A stretch of DNA of 64,000 nt from an uncultured Phycisphaerales bacterium (GCA_963755915.1 CAVWLP010000002.1:384001-448000), one strand, 5' to 3'. Counted from the stretch's first letter, positions 1-9,922 are shown. Numbers and translations: made by a program. The notes: generated by a model from the letters alone, not told the origin.

Positions 1-1473
1 CTCGGTTATCAGATCACCACCCTGGTAGCCACTCTCCTCGCCGCCGGGGGGGTGTCCATCTGGCAAATCAACCAGATGCAGGCCGACTTCAATACCGCGC
101 TTCAGGGATATGAGCGACTGCAAAAATTGGACGAAGTAGGCACCCACGTCGCCGCGGCGCGTCTTTATCTCGCCATCACCCACCCCGAACCCGGTAATGC
201 CCGCCAGGAACTTTCCGTGGCGCTGGCGAAATTCAACGGCGCCTTTCCCGATGAGCAGCCCTCGCTCGACGCCTCGCTCGAAGCCGCCGTCCGCAAGGCC
301 CTCACCGAAGCCGCCGACGCGAACCTCGAGGGCCTCAGCAGCCAGGATTCCACGCTCACCCCCGTCGTTAACCCGATGATCGCCCTCGACGACGAAAGCC
401 AGCAGGCCATCCAATCGGCCTACGCCAGCGGCCTGCTTCACCTGAAATATCTAATGTTCGGCATGACCGGGCTGCTCGCCGGCGCTGCGGTCATCGCCAT
501 GATCGTCGGTGTCGCGCAGTATCGCTCCATCCTCTGGCCGCTGGCGCGCATGAAGCTCGCGGTCGAGCGCATCGCCGCCGGCCGATTCAACGGCCGCGTC
601 GACCCCGAAGGAACGCTCGAATTCGCCGAGCTGGCCATCAACTTCAACCGCATGGCGGCCCGCCTCGAGGACCTCTACCACAATCTCCAGCAGAGGGTGG
701 AAGCCAAGAGCCGCCAGCTCGTCCGCAACGAGCGCCTCGCCAGCGTCGGCCTTCTCGCCGCCGGCGTCGCACACGAAATCAACAACCCCCTCAGCATCAT
801 GACCGCCCACGCGGAGATGTCGCTGGGTGCCATCGAGCGCGGGGACGAATCCGCGCAGGACGAATCCGCCCGCTCTCTGCAGGTCATCTGCGAGGAAGCC
901 TTCCGCTGCAAACGCATCGTCGAAAAACTCCTCACCCTCGGCCGCGGTCCCTCAACCGCCCCCTCGATCTTTTCACTCGGCAGCCTGGTGCGGGAAATCG
1001 TCGCCTCCGTTTCCGCCATGCCGGAATATCGCGATCGCGTTCTCACCGTAACCCCCGCCAACGGCATCGACGACCGCATCAAGGGCCGCAGCGACGAAAT
1101 CAAGCAGGTCGTCGTCAACCTGATCTTCAACGCCCTGGAGGCCACGGCCGCCGGTGGCGCCGTTCGCGTCAACATCGCCGCCGACCGGCGTGAAGTCGAG
1201 CTATCCGTCTCCGACACCGGCAGGGGAATGTCGGACGATGTCCTTGACGCCATCTTCGAGCCGTTCTATACGGATTCCAGAGGTAAAACTGCCACGCGGG
1301 AGGAAACCCACACGCGCCGCGGAACAGGACTGGGCCTCTCGATCGCCCACGCGATCGTGCTCCGTCACGGCGGAGAAATTCGTGCCCACAGCGACGGCCC
1401 CGGCCGCGGAAGCAATTTCACCGTGATTCTTCCCGTGGCCACTTTGGATTTAAGCGAGGAGCTGGATCAATGA
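1..1473 (+). CDS. HAMP-domain sensor histidine kinase (5' end lies outside window)
   Basis: Frame open from base 1; TM helix then HAMP (PLARMK...EFAELAINFNRMA), H-box AHEINNPL, N-box QVVVNLIFNA, G1 DTGRG, F-box IFEPFYT, G2 GTGLGL. Confidence 0.93.
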   Translation, partial: LGYQITTLVATLLAAGGVSIWQINQMQADFNTALQGYERLQKLDEVGTHVAAARLYLAITHPEPGNARQELSVALAKFNGAFPDEQPSLDASLEAAVRKALTEAADANLEGLSSQDSTLTPVVNPMIALDDESQQAIQSAYASGLLHLKYLMFGMTGLLAGAAVIAMIVGVAQYRSILWPLARMKLAVERIAAGRFNGRVDPEGTLEFAELAINFNRMAARLEDLYHNLQQRVEAKSRQLVRNERLASVGLLAAGVAHEINNPLSIMTAHAEMSLGAIERGDESAQDESARSLQVICEEAFRCKRIVEKLLTLGRGPSTAPSIFSLGSLVREIVASVSAMPEYRDRVLTVTPANGIDDRIKGRSDEIKQVVVNLIFNALEATAAGGAVRVNIAADRREVELSVSDTGRGMSDDVLDAIFEPFYTDSRGKTATREETHTRRGTGLGLSIAHAIVLRHGGEIRAHSDGPGRGSNFTVILPVATLDLSEELDQ

Positions 1474-2084
1474 ACCCACCCAAACCCCTCACCCCTGCCG
1501 AGGTTCGCGTTCTCGTCGTCGACGACGAAGGCCGCCTCCGCGATGTCCTTACCCGCGCCATCGCCTCCTGGGGGTTCCTGGTCTCCGGCGCACGCTCGGC
1601 CGAGGAAGCACTCAAGCTCGCCCAGTCCACAAAATTCGACGTCTCCATCGTCGATCTGAATCTCCCCGGAATGAGCGGCATCGAACTCTTCGAAAAACTC
1701 CGCACCGATCAGCCCGACCACCAGGTGATCGTCCTCACCGGCTTCGGCAACCTCGAAGCGGCCCGCGCTTCCATCCGCCTTGACGTCGTCGATTTCCTCG
1801 AAAAGCCCTGCCCACTCGGCGAGCTCGAAAAATCCCTCCATCGCGCCACCCAGCGATTGATTCGCCCCCTTCCCCAGCCCATCGCCCAAACCCTGCCGGA
1901 ACCCGAAGAGTCGGATGAGCCGGTGCAGAAGCTCGAAGACGTCGAACGCGAGCACATTATCTCCGCCCTTCGCCGCAACGACGGCAACCGCACCGCAACC
2001 GCGCAGGAACTGGGAATCAGCCGCCGCACCTTGCAATATAAGCTCAGCGAATATCAGCGCCAGGGTTTCGCGGTGGACGAATGA
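1470..2084 (+). CDS. Response regulator, REC + Fis-type HTH, no AAA+ domain
   Basis: VLVVDD, DLNLPG, T and KP receiver motifs; C-terminal LEDVEREHI...GNRTATAQELGISRRTLQYKL; ATGA overlap with kinase. Confidence 0.92.
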   Translation: MNPPKPLTPAEVRVLVVDDEGRLRDVLTRAIASWGFLVSGARSAEEALKLAQSTKFDVSIVDLNLPGMSGIELFEKLRTDQPDHQVIVLTGFGNLEAARASIRLDVVDFLEKPCPLGELEKSLHRATQRLIRPLPQPIAQTLPEPEESDEPVQKLEDVEREHIISALRRNDGNRTATAQELGISRRTLQYKLSEYQRQGFAVDE

Positions 2085-2933
2085 AGTCCACGCGCGGGCA
2101 GCTCTCACCCAATCTGGCGGCGGCGATCCTGGTGTTGGTTTCCTTCCTCTGGGGTTCCAGCTTCGTCGTCATCAAGGGAATCATCGCCGACATCCCCGCC
2201 GCCCCGATTAATCTTGCGCGATTCGCGATCGCCACCCTACTTTTCACACCTTTCATCCGCTTGGACCGCCGAATGTGGCGCCGCGCCCTTGAACTGTCCG
2301 CCCTGCTCTTTATCGGCTTCGCCACCCAGACCATCGGCCTCAAGTACACGACCGTCAACCGCAGCGCCTTCATCGTCGCGATGAACGTCATTTTCGTCCC
2401 CATCATCGGTGCGATTTTCGGCAAACGCATTCGCCCCATCGTCTGCGCCGCGGCCATCACCGCGCTGGCCGGCTGCGGCCTGTTATGCGGCGACGGCGGA
2501 AAACCGAACATCGGCGACCTCTGGTCGCTCGGTACCGCCATCACCTGGGCCGCGTACATCTACCGCCTCGAAGACATCGCCCCCGAATTCCCGGCCCTTC
2601 CGCTGACCATGGCCCAATTCGTCCCGATCATGCTGCTGTGCGCCTCTGGACGGCGCCTCCCCCGCGCACATTTCCGCGTACCACTGGCCCTCCCTGATCT
2701 ACATCGGCGTCGCCGCCACCGCGATGACCACCTGGCTCCAGGCCATCGCTCAGCGCGTCGTCCCCGCCCCGCAGGCCGCGGTCATTTTTACATTGGAACC
2801 CGTCTTCGCCGCCACCCTCGGCTTTCTCATCCTCGGCGAAACCCTCACCCTGCGCGGACTCTCCGGCGCCGCCCTCATCATCGCCGCCGCCATCACCTGC
2901 CAGCTCCCACAACCAAAACGGGGACGCAGCTAG
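2081..2933 (+). CDS. DMT/EamA family transporter (frameshifted ~2645-2690)
   Basis: LWGSSFVVIK and NIGDLWSL in first frame; AAVIFTLEPVFA in frame ending 2933. Confidence 0.88.
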
Positions 2934-2985
2934 TTTTAAACTAGCTGCGTCCCCGTTTTTGCTGTGAGGCGCGTCCCCGTCTTTA
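2915..2985. repeat. Perfect 22-bp inverted repeat (REP-like / bidirectional terminator) plus partial third copy
   Basis: AAAACGGGGACGCAGCTAGTTT-T-AAACTAGCTGCGTCCCCGTTTT (2915-2959); GCGTCCCCGT again at 2971; between convergent genes. Confidence 0.85.
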
Positions 2986-3408
2986 CTTCCCCCTCATCCA
3001 CGGCGTAAACGTAACCCCCACCAGCAATCCCTCCGGCGACAAAAACCGGCTCACAACCTGCCCCCACGGCTCCTTCCTATTCTTCACCAGCATCCGATAC
3101 CCCCGCCCTTCCAATTCCGCCGTCGCCTTCTCCACATCCTCAACATCAAACTCAAGCCACCCCTGCGGCGCGGGAATCTCCGCCGGCCACGATTCATTTC
3201 CAAAACACGATTGCGCCGCATTCGCCAGCGGCCACAACGCAAAATGCTTCACCCCATCGACGCCCTCGGTATGCAGATAGTTCCCCGCCTCCTCCTTGAA
3301 TTTGATCCCCAAACTCTCGCTGTAAAGCCTGCGCCCCGCCTCCACATCCCGAACGATCGGCCCAAACCCCGCGACAAACAAAACCTTCACGCCGCCAATA
3401 CTTTCCAT
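2983..3408 (-). CDS. VOC/glyoxalase family protein
   Basis: PIVRD...LGI; WLEFDVEDV; EPWGQVVSRFLSPEGLLVG; GGAGG RBS. Confidence 0.88.
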   Translation of the reverse strand: MESIGGVKVLFVAGFGPIVRDVEAGRRLYSESLGIKFKEEAGNYLHTEGVDGVKHFALWPLANAAQSCFGNESWPAEIPAPQGWLEFDVEDVEKATAELEGRGYRMLVKNRKEPWGQVVSRFLSPEGLLVGVTFTPWMRGK

Positions 3409-3433
3409 ATTACCTCCCGTTCGATTACTGCGG

Positions 3434-4072
3434 TTATCCCCGCAAACGCCGCGTGTTGCGCTTGCGACGCTGATAGCTCGCCACCTTCATCTTGTTCCCG
3501 CAAATATTCATGCTGCACCAGCGCCGCGATCCTTTTTTGCTGGTGTCCAGGAAATGCACCACGCAAGCCGGACACTTTCGCACCCGGGAGAGGTCCGTTT
3601 CAGCCAGCAGCGACACGACCGCCTCGCCAATCAGCGACAATATCGCCTCGGGCTCATCCGCGTCCAGCGTATATTTTCGAACCAGCGACCGCCCCTCCCG
3701 CACCAGCACCGATCGCCGCGGATATTTCGCCAGCAGTTGATTCACTTCCTCCAGGAACGATTCATCCGGCAGCGTTCCCGACTCGATCTTGAGCACCGCC
3801 GCCCGCAGGCGTTCACGAAAGGTGCGCAGCTCTATCATAAATCGCCCGGCCTTCTTCGATTCACACCAGGCCCGCATCGTCAATTTCGCACGGTGACCCT
3901 TCGACAATCCTGCCGCCCCCAACCAGCGCCCAAACGCGTTTGCATCCGGCAGAAATTCCTTGGGCCCCTCTTCGAGCACCGGCTTCGTATTCAGGAAATT
4001 CAATGCGAGATGATTCCCGACGAACAAGAAGCCGTCGATCCACTCGGGTTGTTCAGTTTCAGACCCTGCCAT
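3434..4072 (-). CDS. ABATE + CGNR zinc-finger transcriptional regulator
   Basis: LALNFLNT N-terminal motif; RVRKCPAC...FLDTSKKGSRRWCSMNICGNKMKV. Confidence 0.92.
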   Translation of the reverse strand: MAGSETEQPEWIDGFLFVGNHLALNFLNTKPVLEEGPKEFLPDANAFGRWLGAAGLSKGHRAKLTMRAWCESKKAGRFMIELRTFRERLRAAVLKIESGTLPDESFLEEVNQLLAKYPRRSVLVREGRSLVRKYTLDADEPEAILSLIGEAVVSLLAETDLSRVRKCPACVVHFLDTSKKGSRRWCSMNICGNKMKVASYQRRKRNTRRLRG

Positions 4073-4186
4073 GCAAATCGCTCTGTTCGATTCTATCCCA
4101 AAGAATCGGTCGGCAGAACATTCGGGAGATATGGGGTGCTTCGCTATGGTGGGGTGAGATCTGTGTAAAAATTAAAACAAAAATCG

Positions 4187-4214
4187 ACACCTTTATTGAC
4201 CACTTTAACGGTGT
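4187..4214. promoter_or_regulatory. Candidate operator between divergent CGNR regulator and hydrolase operon
   Basis: ACACCTTTA-N10-TAACGGTGT (8/9 inverted) overlapping TTGACC. Confidence 0.4.
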
Positions 4215-4303
4215 TGGCTACGCTCAGCGTCTGCGTAGAGTCCTTCGCCCGCCGGCGACCGACAAAAAGGGAGCAAAAACAAATTCTAGCGAGGAGAATC
4301 AAT

Positions 4304-5152
4304 ATGACGACCTACAACACCACCAAAGTCCGCGGACTAAACCACTTCTATCGCGAGGCTGGCCCCAAGGACGCGCCGACCATCGTCCTTCTCCACGGCT
4401 TCCCGAGCTCCTCCCATATGTATCGCGACCTCATCCCCATGCTCTCCGACAAATTCCATCTGATCGCACCTGATTATGTGGGCTTTGGTTACAGCGCTAT
4501 GCCCTCCGCAAAGGAATTTGAATACACCTTCGACAATCAGGCCGCCTACATCGAGGAGCTGCTTCTCAGCACACTCGACCTGAAAACCTTCAGCATCTAC
4601 GTCCAGGATTACGGCGCTCCAATCGGATTTCGCATCGCGTCAAAAAATCCCGGGGCCATCACGGGGATCATCGCCCAAAACGGCAACGCCTACGCCGAAG
4701 GAATCGGCCCTGGCTTCGACGGAATCAAGCCCCTATGGAAGAATCGCAACCCCGAAACCGAAGCCGCGACTCGCGAGTTACTGACTCTGAAGACGACCAA
4801 ATTCCAATACGTCAACGGCGTCAAGGACGAATCGAAAATCAGCCCCGACGCCTACCACTTCGACCAAATGTTCCTCGACCGCCCCGGCAACGACGCCATC
4901 CAGATCAACCTGCTCTATGACTATCAAAACAATCTGAAGCTCTACGACGGCTGGCACGCCTATTTCAAAAAGTATCAGCCGCGCACGCTCATCACCTGGG
5001 GAACCAACGACGTCTTTTTCCCCGTCGCCGGGGCCAAAGCCTTCCTGCGCGACCTGCCCAAGGCCGAGCTGCACCTGATCGATACGGGCCACTTCGCCCT
5101 TGAAGACAACTGCGAGTTCATCGCCCAGAAAATCAGGAACTTTTTCGCGTAA
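4304..5152 (+). CDS. Alpha/beta hydrolase, epoxide hydrolase/dehalogenase-like (Asp nucleophile)
   Basis: LLHGFPSS, QDYGAPIG, GHFALE; GAGGAG RBS before ATG 4304. Confidence 0.9.
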   Translation: MTTYNTTKVRGLNHFYREAGPKDAPTIVLLHGFPSSSHMYRDLIPMLSDKFHLIAPDYVGFGYSAMPSAKEFEYTFDNQAAYIEELLLSTLDLKTFSIYVQDYGAPIGFRIASKNPGAITGIIAQNGNAYAEGIGPGFDGIKPLWKNRNPETEAATRELLTLKTTKFQYVNGVKDESKISPDAYHFDQMFLDRPGNDAIQINLLYDYQNNLKLYDGWHAYFKKYQPRTLITWGTNDVFFPVAGAKAFLRDLPKAELHLIDTGHFALEDNCEFIAQKIRNFFA

Positions 5153-5171
5153 AGAGAAAAAGAGCGACATC

Positions 5172-5867
5172 ATGAGCTTCCCATCAAATGCAACTGTCGT
5201 CGTGGTCCACGGCGCCTGGGCCGACGGCTCAAGCTGGAACAGCGTCATCCTCCCACTCGAGAAAGCCGGGTTGGATGTCATCGCCGCTCCCATTCCCCTG
5301 ACATCGCTTCGCGATGATGCCGCCGCTCTGACCCGCACCCTGGCAAGAACGAAGGGCCCGATCCTGCTCGCCGCTCACGCCTACGCGGGCGCCGTCATCG
5401 CCGCCGTAAACGAACCGCGCGTTAAAGGCCTGGTCTACGTCGCCGCCCTCGCCCCCGATGAAGGGGAAACCGTCGCCCAGGTCTTTTACAAAAATGAGCC
5501 CCACCCCAAGGCCCCCAAGCTCGCCCCCGACGCCGCCGGCTTCATCTGGATGCCCGATGACGGATTTCCCAACGCCTTCGCCCACCGCGCCACCAAAGAC
5601 CAGCTCGCCCTTTGCCGCGCCGTACAGCGTCCGATTTCCGTCAATTGCATTCAGGAGCCTGCCCCGAGCCCCCTCTGGAAAAACAAACCCGTCTGGTTCC
5701 TCATCGCCGAGGAAGACCGCATGATCAATCCCAAAACCCAGCACTTCATGGCCGCCCGCATGAAGGCAACCACCAAATCCATCGTCGCCGACCACACCCC
5801 CATCCTCACCGACCCGGACAATGTCGTGCAGTTCATCCTGACTGCCGGCGAATCGTGCCTGGTTTGA
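5172..5867 (+). CDS. Alpha/beta hydrolase fold protein with Ala at the nucleophile position
   Basis: VHGAWADGSSW, AHAYAG, EDRMINP, DHTP. Confidence 0.85.
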   Translation: MSFPSNATVVVVHGAWADGSSWNSVILPLEKAGLDVIAAPIPLTSLRDDAAALTRTLARTKGPILLAAHAYAGAVIAAVNEPRVKGLVYVAALAPDEGETVAQVFYKNEPHPKAPKLAPDAAGFIWMPDDGFPNAFAHRATKDQLALCRAVQRPISVNCIQEPAPSPLWKNKPVWFLIAEEDRMINPKTQHFMAARMKATTKSIVADHTPILTDPDNVVQFILTAGESCLV

Positions 5868-5892
5868 ATTTTATTTTTAGATGGAGGCCGCC

Positions 5893-6663
5893 ATGAACAA
5901 CAACGTCGCCATCGTCACCGGCGCCAGCCAGGGCATCGGCCGCGCCACCGCCATCCGCCTCGCCAGAGATTTCTCCAAGCTCGTTCTCGTGGCCCGAAAC
6001 AAAGAGGCCCTGGAAGAAACCGCGGCCGAAATCCGAACCGCCGGCGCTCAGAGCATCGCCCTCGACCTCGATCTGAGCCAGGTCGAAGCCGCCGGCGCCG
6101 TCGTCAAATCCGCAACCGAAGCGTTTGGCCGAATCGACGCCCTGCTCAACATCGCCGGCGCTGTCCCGCAGATCGACCTCTTCCAAATGACGGACGACCA
6201 ATGGCGAACGGGAATGGAATTGAAACTCCACGGCGCCCGCCGGCTAACCATCGCCGCCTGGCCCGCCCTCAAAGCCTCCAAGGGCTCCGTCGTCTTCATG
6301 TCCGGCGGCGCCTCGCTCGACCCCAAGCCCGCCTTCGCCGCGGTCGCCGCAACCAACGCCGCCATCACCGCCCTTGCCAAGGCTTTCGCCGAGCAGGGCA
6401 TCAAGGACGGCGTCCAGGTCAACAGCATCGTCCCCGGCGCCGTCATGACCAACCGCCGCCGAACCTTCATGGACAAATGGGCCCCGGCTCACAACCTGAC
6501 CGTCGAAGAAGCGATGAAACAATTCCCCGAAGAAGTCGGCATCGCCCGCTACGGCCAACCCGAAGAAGTCGCCGAACTCATGGCCTTCATGGTCTCCCCC
6601 ATGGCCAAGTGGATGACCGGCGCCTCCCTCCGAATCGACGGCGGGGAAATAAAGGGGATATAG
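5893..6663 (+). CDS. SDR family oxidoreductase
   Basis: TGASQGIG, LLNIAG, VNSIVPG, TGASLRIDGG; GGAGG RBS. Confidence 0.92.
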   Translation: MNNNVAIVTGASQGIGRATAIRLARDFSKLVLVARNKEALEETAAEIRTAGAQSIALDLDLSQVEAAGAVVKSATEAFGRIDALLNIAGAVPQIDLFQMTDDQWRTGMELKLHGARRLTIAAWPALKASKGSVVFMSGGASLDPKPAFAAVAATNAAITALAKAFAEQGIKDGVQVNSIVPGAVMTNRRRTFMDKWAPAHNLTVEEAMKQFPEEVGIARYGQPEEVAELMAFMVSPMAKWMTGASLRIDGGEIKGI

Positions 6664-6699
6664 CGTCCCCGCATTTGCGCTAATCGCTCGAGAAAAGAT

Positions 6700-7395
6700 A
6701 TGACTGCCAAACCCGAAAGGAGGCGATCGACATACGTGGTGCTGCGAAACAAAAGCGGCGGCGACCCCGACGTTGATCGCGCCAAATGGAACTCTCCCGA
6801 CCCGATTGCCTCACACTTCAACGTCCCGTCTTCCTTTTTAGCTAATCCGGACGACTTCGAATTGATGAAGTGGATCGAATGGCGGGATGCTACCGCGCTT
6901 CGGTCGCTGTATGATCGATACGCGCAGCTTATCTTTTCGCTGGCGCTTCGGATGCTCCACGACTGGGCCGACGCCGACGAGTTGGTCTCGGACGTCTTTC
7001 TGGAACTATGGCGGCGGGCCGATCGTTACGACGCCACCCGCGGCGCCCCCATGATCTACATCGTGAGATTGGCACGCAGCCGTGCAATCGACCGCCGCCG
7101 AACAGCCGCATCCCGCTCACGGGGAAAAACGCCTGCACAACTCGCCGCCAATGCACCTTCCCCAAACGCCAATCCGTCCGAATTCGCCGTCTCTCTCGAA
7201 AACGCCCGACTGGTGCACCAGGCGTTGGGCAATCTCGACCCGCTCCATCGCCAGGTCGTCCAATTGTCCTTTTTTGATGGACTCACCCACACCCAGATCG
7301 CCCAGCATCTGAACAAACCCCTGGGCACAGTGAAATCGCATATACGACAGGGACTCATCCGGCTCCGCGATTTCTTACGAAAGGATTCGTGGTGA
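6700..7395 (+). CDS. ECF RNA polymerase sigma factor (SigK-like); start uncertain
   Basis: Region 2 LYDRY...DVFLELWR...RAIDRRR; region 4 FFDGLTHTQIAQHLNKPLGTVKSHIRQGL. Confidence 0.9.
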   Translation: MTAKPERRRSTYVVLRNKSGGDPDVDRAKWNSPDPIASHFNVPSSFLANPDDFELMKWIEWRDATALRSLYDRYAQLIFSLALRMLHDWADADELVSDVFLELWRRADRYDATRGAPMIYIVRLARSRAIDRRRTAASRSRGKTPAQLAANAPSPNANPSEFAVSLENARLVHQALGNLDPLHRQVVQLSFFDGLTHTQIAQHLNKPLGTVKSHIRQGLIRLRDFLRKDSW

Positions 7396-7492
7396 GCTGC
7401 AAAGCACCACAAAACTCCGCCGAAAAATTACCAATCTTGTCTCCCCCTTTCCGCGCCCTAGAATCGCGCCAAAGTTTATCTGGAGCGGCACC

Positions 7493-7546
7493 ATGTCTTC
7501 CAAACTCTCCGGCAAAGCCGCAATCGTCACCGGTGGCTTCGGCTAA
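7493..7546 (+). pseudogene. 17-codon remnant of an SDR N-terminus (MSSKLSGKAAIVTGGFG*)
   Basis: GGAG RBS, ATG 7493, LSGKAAIVTGG Rossmann start, TAA 7544-7546. Confidence 0.7.
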
Positions 7547-7569
7547 TCTCTTCCAAAAGGAACCCCATT

Positions 7570-8943
7570 ATGCCCATCGAATCCTGTCAAAACCTGATCA
7601 TCGGCAGCGGCGTCGCCGGAAAAGTGCTTTCCTGGTCGCTGGGAAAAATGGGGCAGAAAACCATCGTCGTCGAACGATCCATGATCGGCGGCGCCTGCCC
7701 GAACATCGCCTGCCTTCCCAGCAAAAATGTCGTCTATAGCGCCAAGGCCGTCTCTCTCGTCGATCCCGTCCGCGGGCTCGGCGTCGTGACCGGGTCCCCC
7801 AAGGTCGATATGCCTGCCGTCATCCGCCGCAAGCGGAAAATGGTCGAAACCCTCGTCAAAATCCATCTGGACAACTTCGCCGCCAGCGGGGTCGAAATTG
7901 TCATGGGCGAAGCGCGTTTCACCGAACCCAAAACCGTCGAAGTCAAACTAAACGCCGGCGGAACCCGCCGCCTCACCGGCGAGCGCGTCTTCATCGACGT
8001 GGGCACGCATGCCTCCATCCCCTCCACCCCCGGACTCGCGGCAGCCGCGCCCCTGACCCACGTCGAACTGCTCAACCTCGAACGCCTGCCCGAACATCTC
8101 GTCGTCATCGGCGGCGGTTACGTCGGCCTCGAATTCGCCCAGGCCATGCGCCGCTTCGGCAGCAAGGTCACCGTCATCCAAAACGGCCCCCAATTGCTCC
8201 CGACCGAAGACCCCGACATCGCCACCGCCATCCTCGATCTCTTCAAAGACGAAGGCATCGACGTCCTTCTCAACGCCGAGATTTCCAGCGTCACCGGCCG
8301 CTCCGGCACCGGCGTTCAGCTCGAGGTAAAGGTCGGTTCCTCGTCCAAATCCCTGAGCGCTTCCGACATCCTCGCCGCCACCGGCCGAATCCCCAACACC
8401 GCCCCGCTCGACGCCGGCAAGGGCAACATCCGCCTCGACCCGCAGGGCTACATCCAGGTCAACGAGCATCTCCAGACCACCGCCCCCGATGTGTGGGCGA
8501 TGGGGGAATGCGCCGGCAGCCCCAAGTTCACCCACGTCGGCGAGGACGACTGCTACGTTGTGCTCGACAATCTCGCCGGAGGATCGCGAACGACGAAGAA
8601 CCGCCTCATCCCTTACTGCCTTTTCACCGACCCCGAACTCGCCCACGTCGGCCGGCACGAAACCGAGGCCAAGGCAAAGAACATCCCCTACCGCCTGCTA
8701 AAGATGCCTATGACCCACGTCCTCCGTTTTTACACGCTTTCCGAAACTCGCGGCTTCTGCAAAGCCCTGATCGGCACCGATGGGCGCATCCTTGGCTTCA
8801 CCGCCTTCGGGGCAGAGGCGAGCGAAATGATGGCCGTCGTCCAGACCGCCATGATTGGCAACATGCCCGCGACCTCGCTTCGCGATGCGATCTTCACCCA
8901 TCCGACTGCGGCCGAGGGACTTAAGGGGCTGTTTGCCGAATAG
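7570..8943 (+). CDS. Class I flavoprotein disulfide reductase (RclA/MerA/LpdA family)
   Basis: IGSGVAG, redox CPNIAC, GGGYVGLE, ATGRIPN, HPTAAE; no C-terminal Cys-Cys. Confidence 0.9.
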   Translation: MPIESCQNLIIGSGVAGKVLSWSLGKMGQKTIVVERSMIGGACPNIACLPSKNVVYSAKAVSLVDPVRGLGVVTGSPKVDMPAVIRRKRKMVETLVKIHLDNFAASGVEIVMGEARFTEPKTVEVKLNAGGTRRLTGERVFIDVGTHASIPSTPGLAAAAPLTHVELLNLERLPEHLVVIGGGYVGLEFAQAMRRFGSKVTVIQNGPQLLPTEDPDIATAILDLFKDEGIDVLLNAEISSVTGRSGTGVQLEVKVGSSSKSLSASDILAATGRIPNTAPLDAGKGNIRLDPQGYIQVNEHLQTTAPDVWAMGECAGSPKFTHVGEDDCYVVLDNLAGGSRTTKNRLIPYCLFTDPELAHVGRHETEAKAKNIPYRLLKMPMTHVLRFYTLSETRGFCKALIGTDGRILGFTAFGAEASEMMAVVQTAMIGNMPATSLRDAIFTHPTAAEGLKGLFAE

Positions 8944-9075
8944 AAGAAGGGGGAATTTTACAAAATTTTACGTTTTGTTACGTTTTTGGCGACTTGACGG
9001 GTAGCGCGGGCCCTGGACTTCTCCTGGATGGCTGTCACGCACATTTCGCTGCCCTGGACCCTGTTTTAAAAACAT

Positions 9076-9132
9076 TCAACCAAATGGTTGACTCCTTTGC
9101 GAGCAGGCGATATCATTCAACCATATGATTAA
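9076..9132 (+). promoter_or_regulatory. Sigma70-type promoter with two ArsR operator copies
   Basis: TTGACT(9088)-N17-TATCAT(9111); TCAACCA-AA-TGGTTGA 9076-9091 and TCAACCATATGATTAA 9117-9132. Confidence 0.75.
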
Positions 9133-9610
9133 GTCCGTACAAGTTGTTGAATCGCCGCAACTCGATCGGATCTTTCATGCCCTTTCGGATACCACCCGCC
9201 GTTCGATCCTGCGGGAAATTGCCGGGAGGGAATTGGCGGTGAGCGAAATTGCCCAGCCCTACCGAATGTCCCTGGCGGCGGTTTCCAAGCACCTGAAGGT
9301 TCTCCAGCGCGCCAATCTCATCGCCCGGGAAAAGCGGGGCAGCTTTCAGTTCGTCCGAACCAATCCCGTGCCGATGAAACAGGCCCACCACTGGCTGAGC
9401 TATTACGAGCGATTCTGGAACGAACGCCTCGATCAGTTCGAGCATTATTTTAAGGTCAGGAAAAACAAGGAGAAAAAGCGATGGCAAACCCAACGAAGAC
9501 CCTGGAATTCAAGTTTGAACGCACCATCCCTGCCGCGCCGGAAGAAGTGTTCGACGCGTGGCTGGATCCGCAAACGCCGGGAACCCCCTGGCACGAGAAC
9601 GAAAAACTGA
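9125..9610 (+). CDS. ArsR/SmtB family regulator (tail overlaps next gene)
   Basis: IFHALSDTTRRSIL, SLAAVSKHLKVL, YERFWNERLD. Confidence 0.88.
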   Translation: MIKSVQVVESPQLDRIFHALSDTTRRSILREIAGRELAVSEIAQPYRMSLAAVSKHLKVLQRANLIAREKRGSFQFVRTNPVPMKQAHHWLSYYERFWNERLDQFEHYFKVRKNKEKKRWQTQRRPWNSSLNAPSLPRRKKCSTRGWIRKRREPPGTRTKN

Positions 9611-9894
9611 TCCTCAATCCAGAGGTAGACGGGCTCTGGTACTGGCTGGTCAGGGGGAAGCCACACTATGGACGATTCACAGAAGTCCAGCGCCCGGGTC
9701 GAATCCGCCTTACCTGGATGTCCCGGCACACCCTCGGCGAGGAGTCGATTGTCACTCTGACATTTAAGAAACAAGGTGACGAAACTCTGATGACCCTCGT
9801 ACATTCCGGCCTTCCTGATGATGAGCTGGGCCGGGGGCACGAGGCGGGCTGGAATTACTTCCTGGATAAATTGCTGACCCATTTTAAGGGATGA
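9481..9894 (+). CDS. SRPBCC/AHSA1 domain protein
   Basis: ERTIPAAPEEVFDAWLDP, TLMTLVH, HEAGWNYFLDKL; typical ArsR partner. Confidence 0.9.
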   Translation: MANPTKTLEFKFERTIPAAPEEVFDAWLDPQTPGTPWHENEKLILNPEVDGLWYWLVRGKPHYGRFTEVQRPGRIRLTWMSRHTLGEESIVTLTFKKQGDETLMTLVHSGLPDDELGRGHEAGWNYFLDKLLTHFKG

Positions 9895-9922
9895 GCGCGG
9901 CTGACCATCTGAAACAGCGACT

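Noticed and set aside
7570-8943. Mercuric reductase merA
   Set aside because: No C-terminal Cys-Cys, no metal-binding N-domain, no mer genes nearby.
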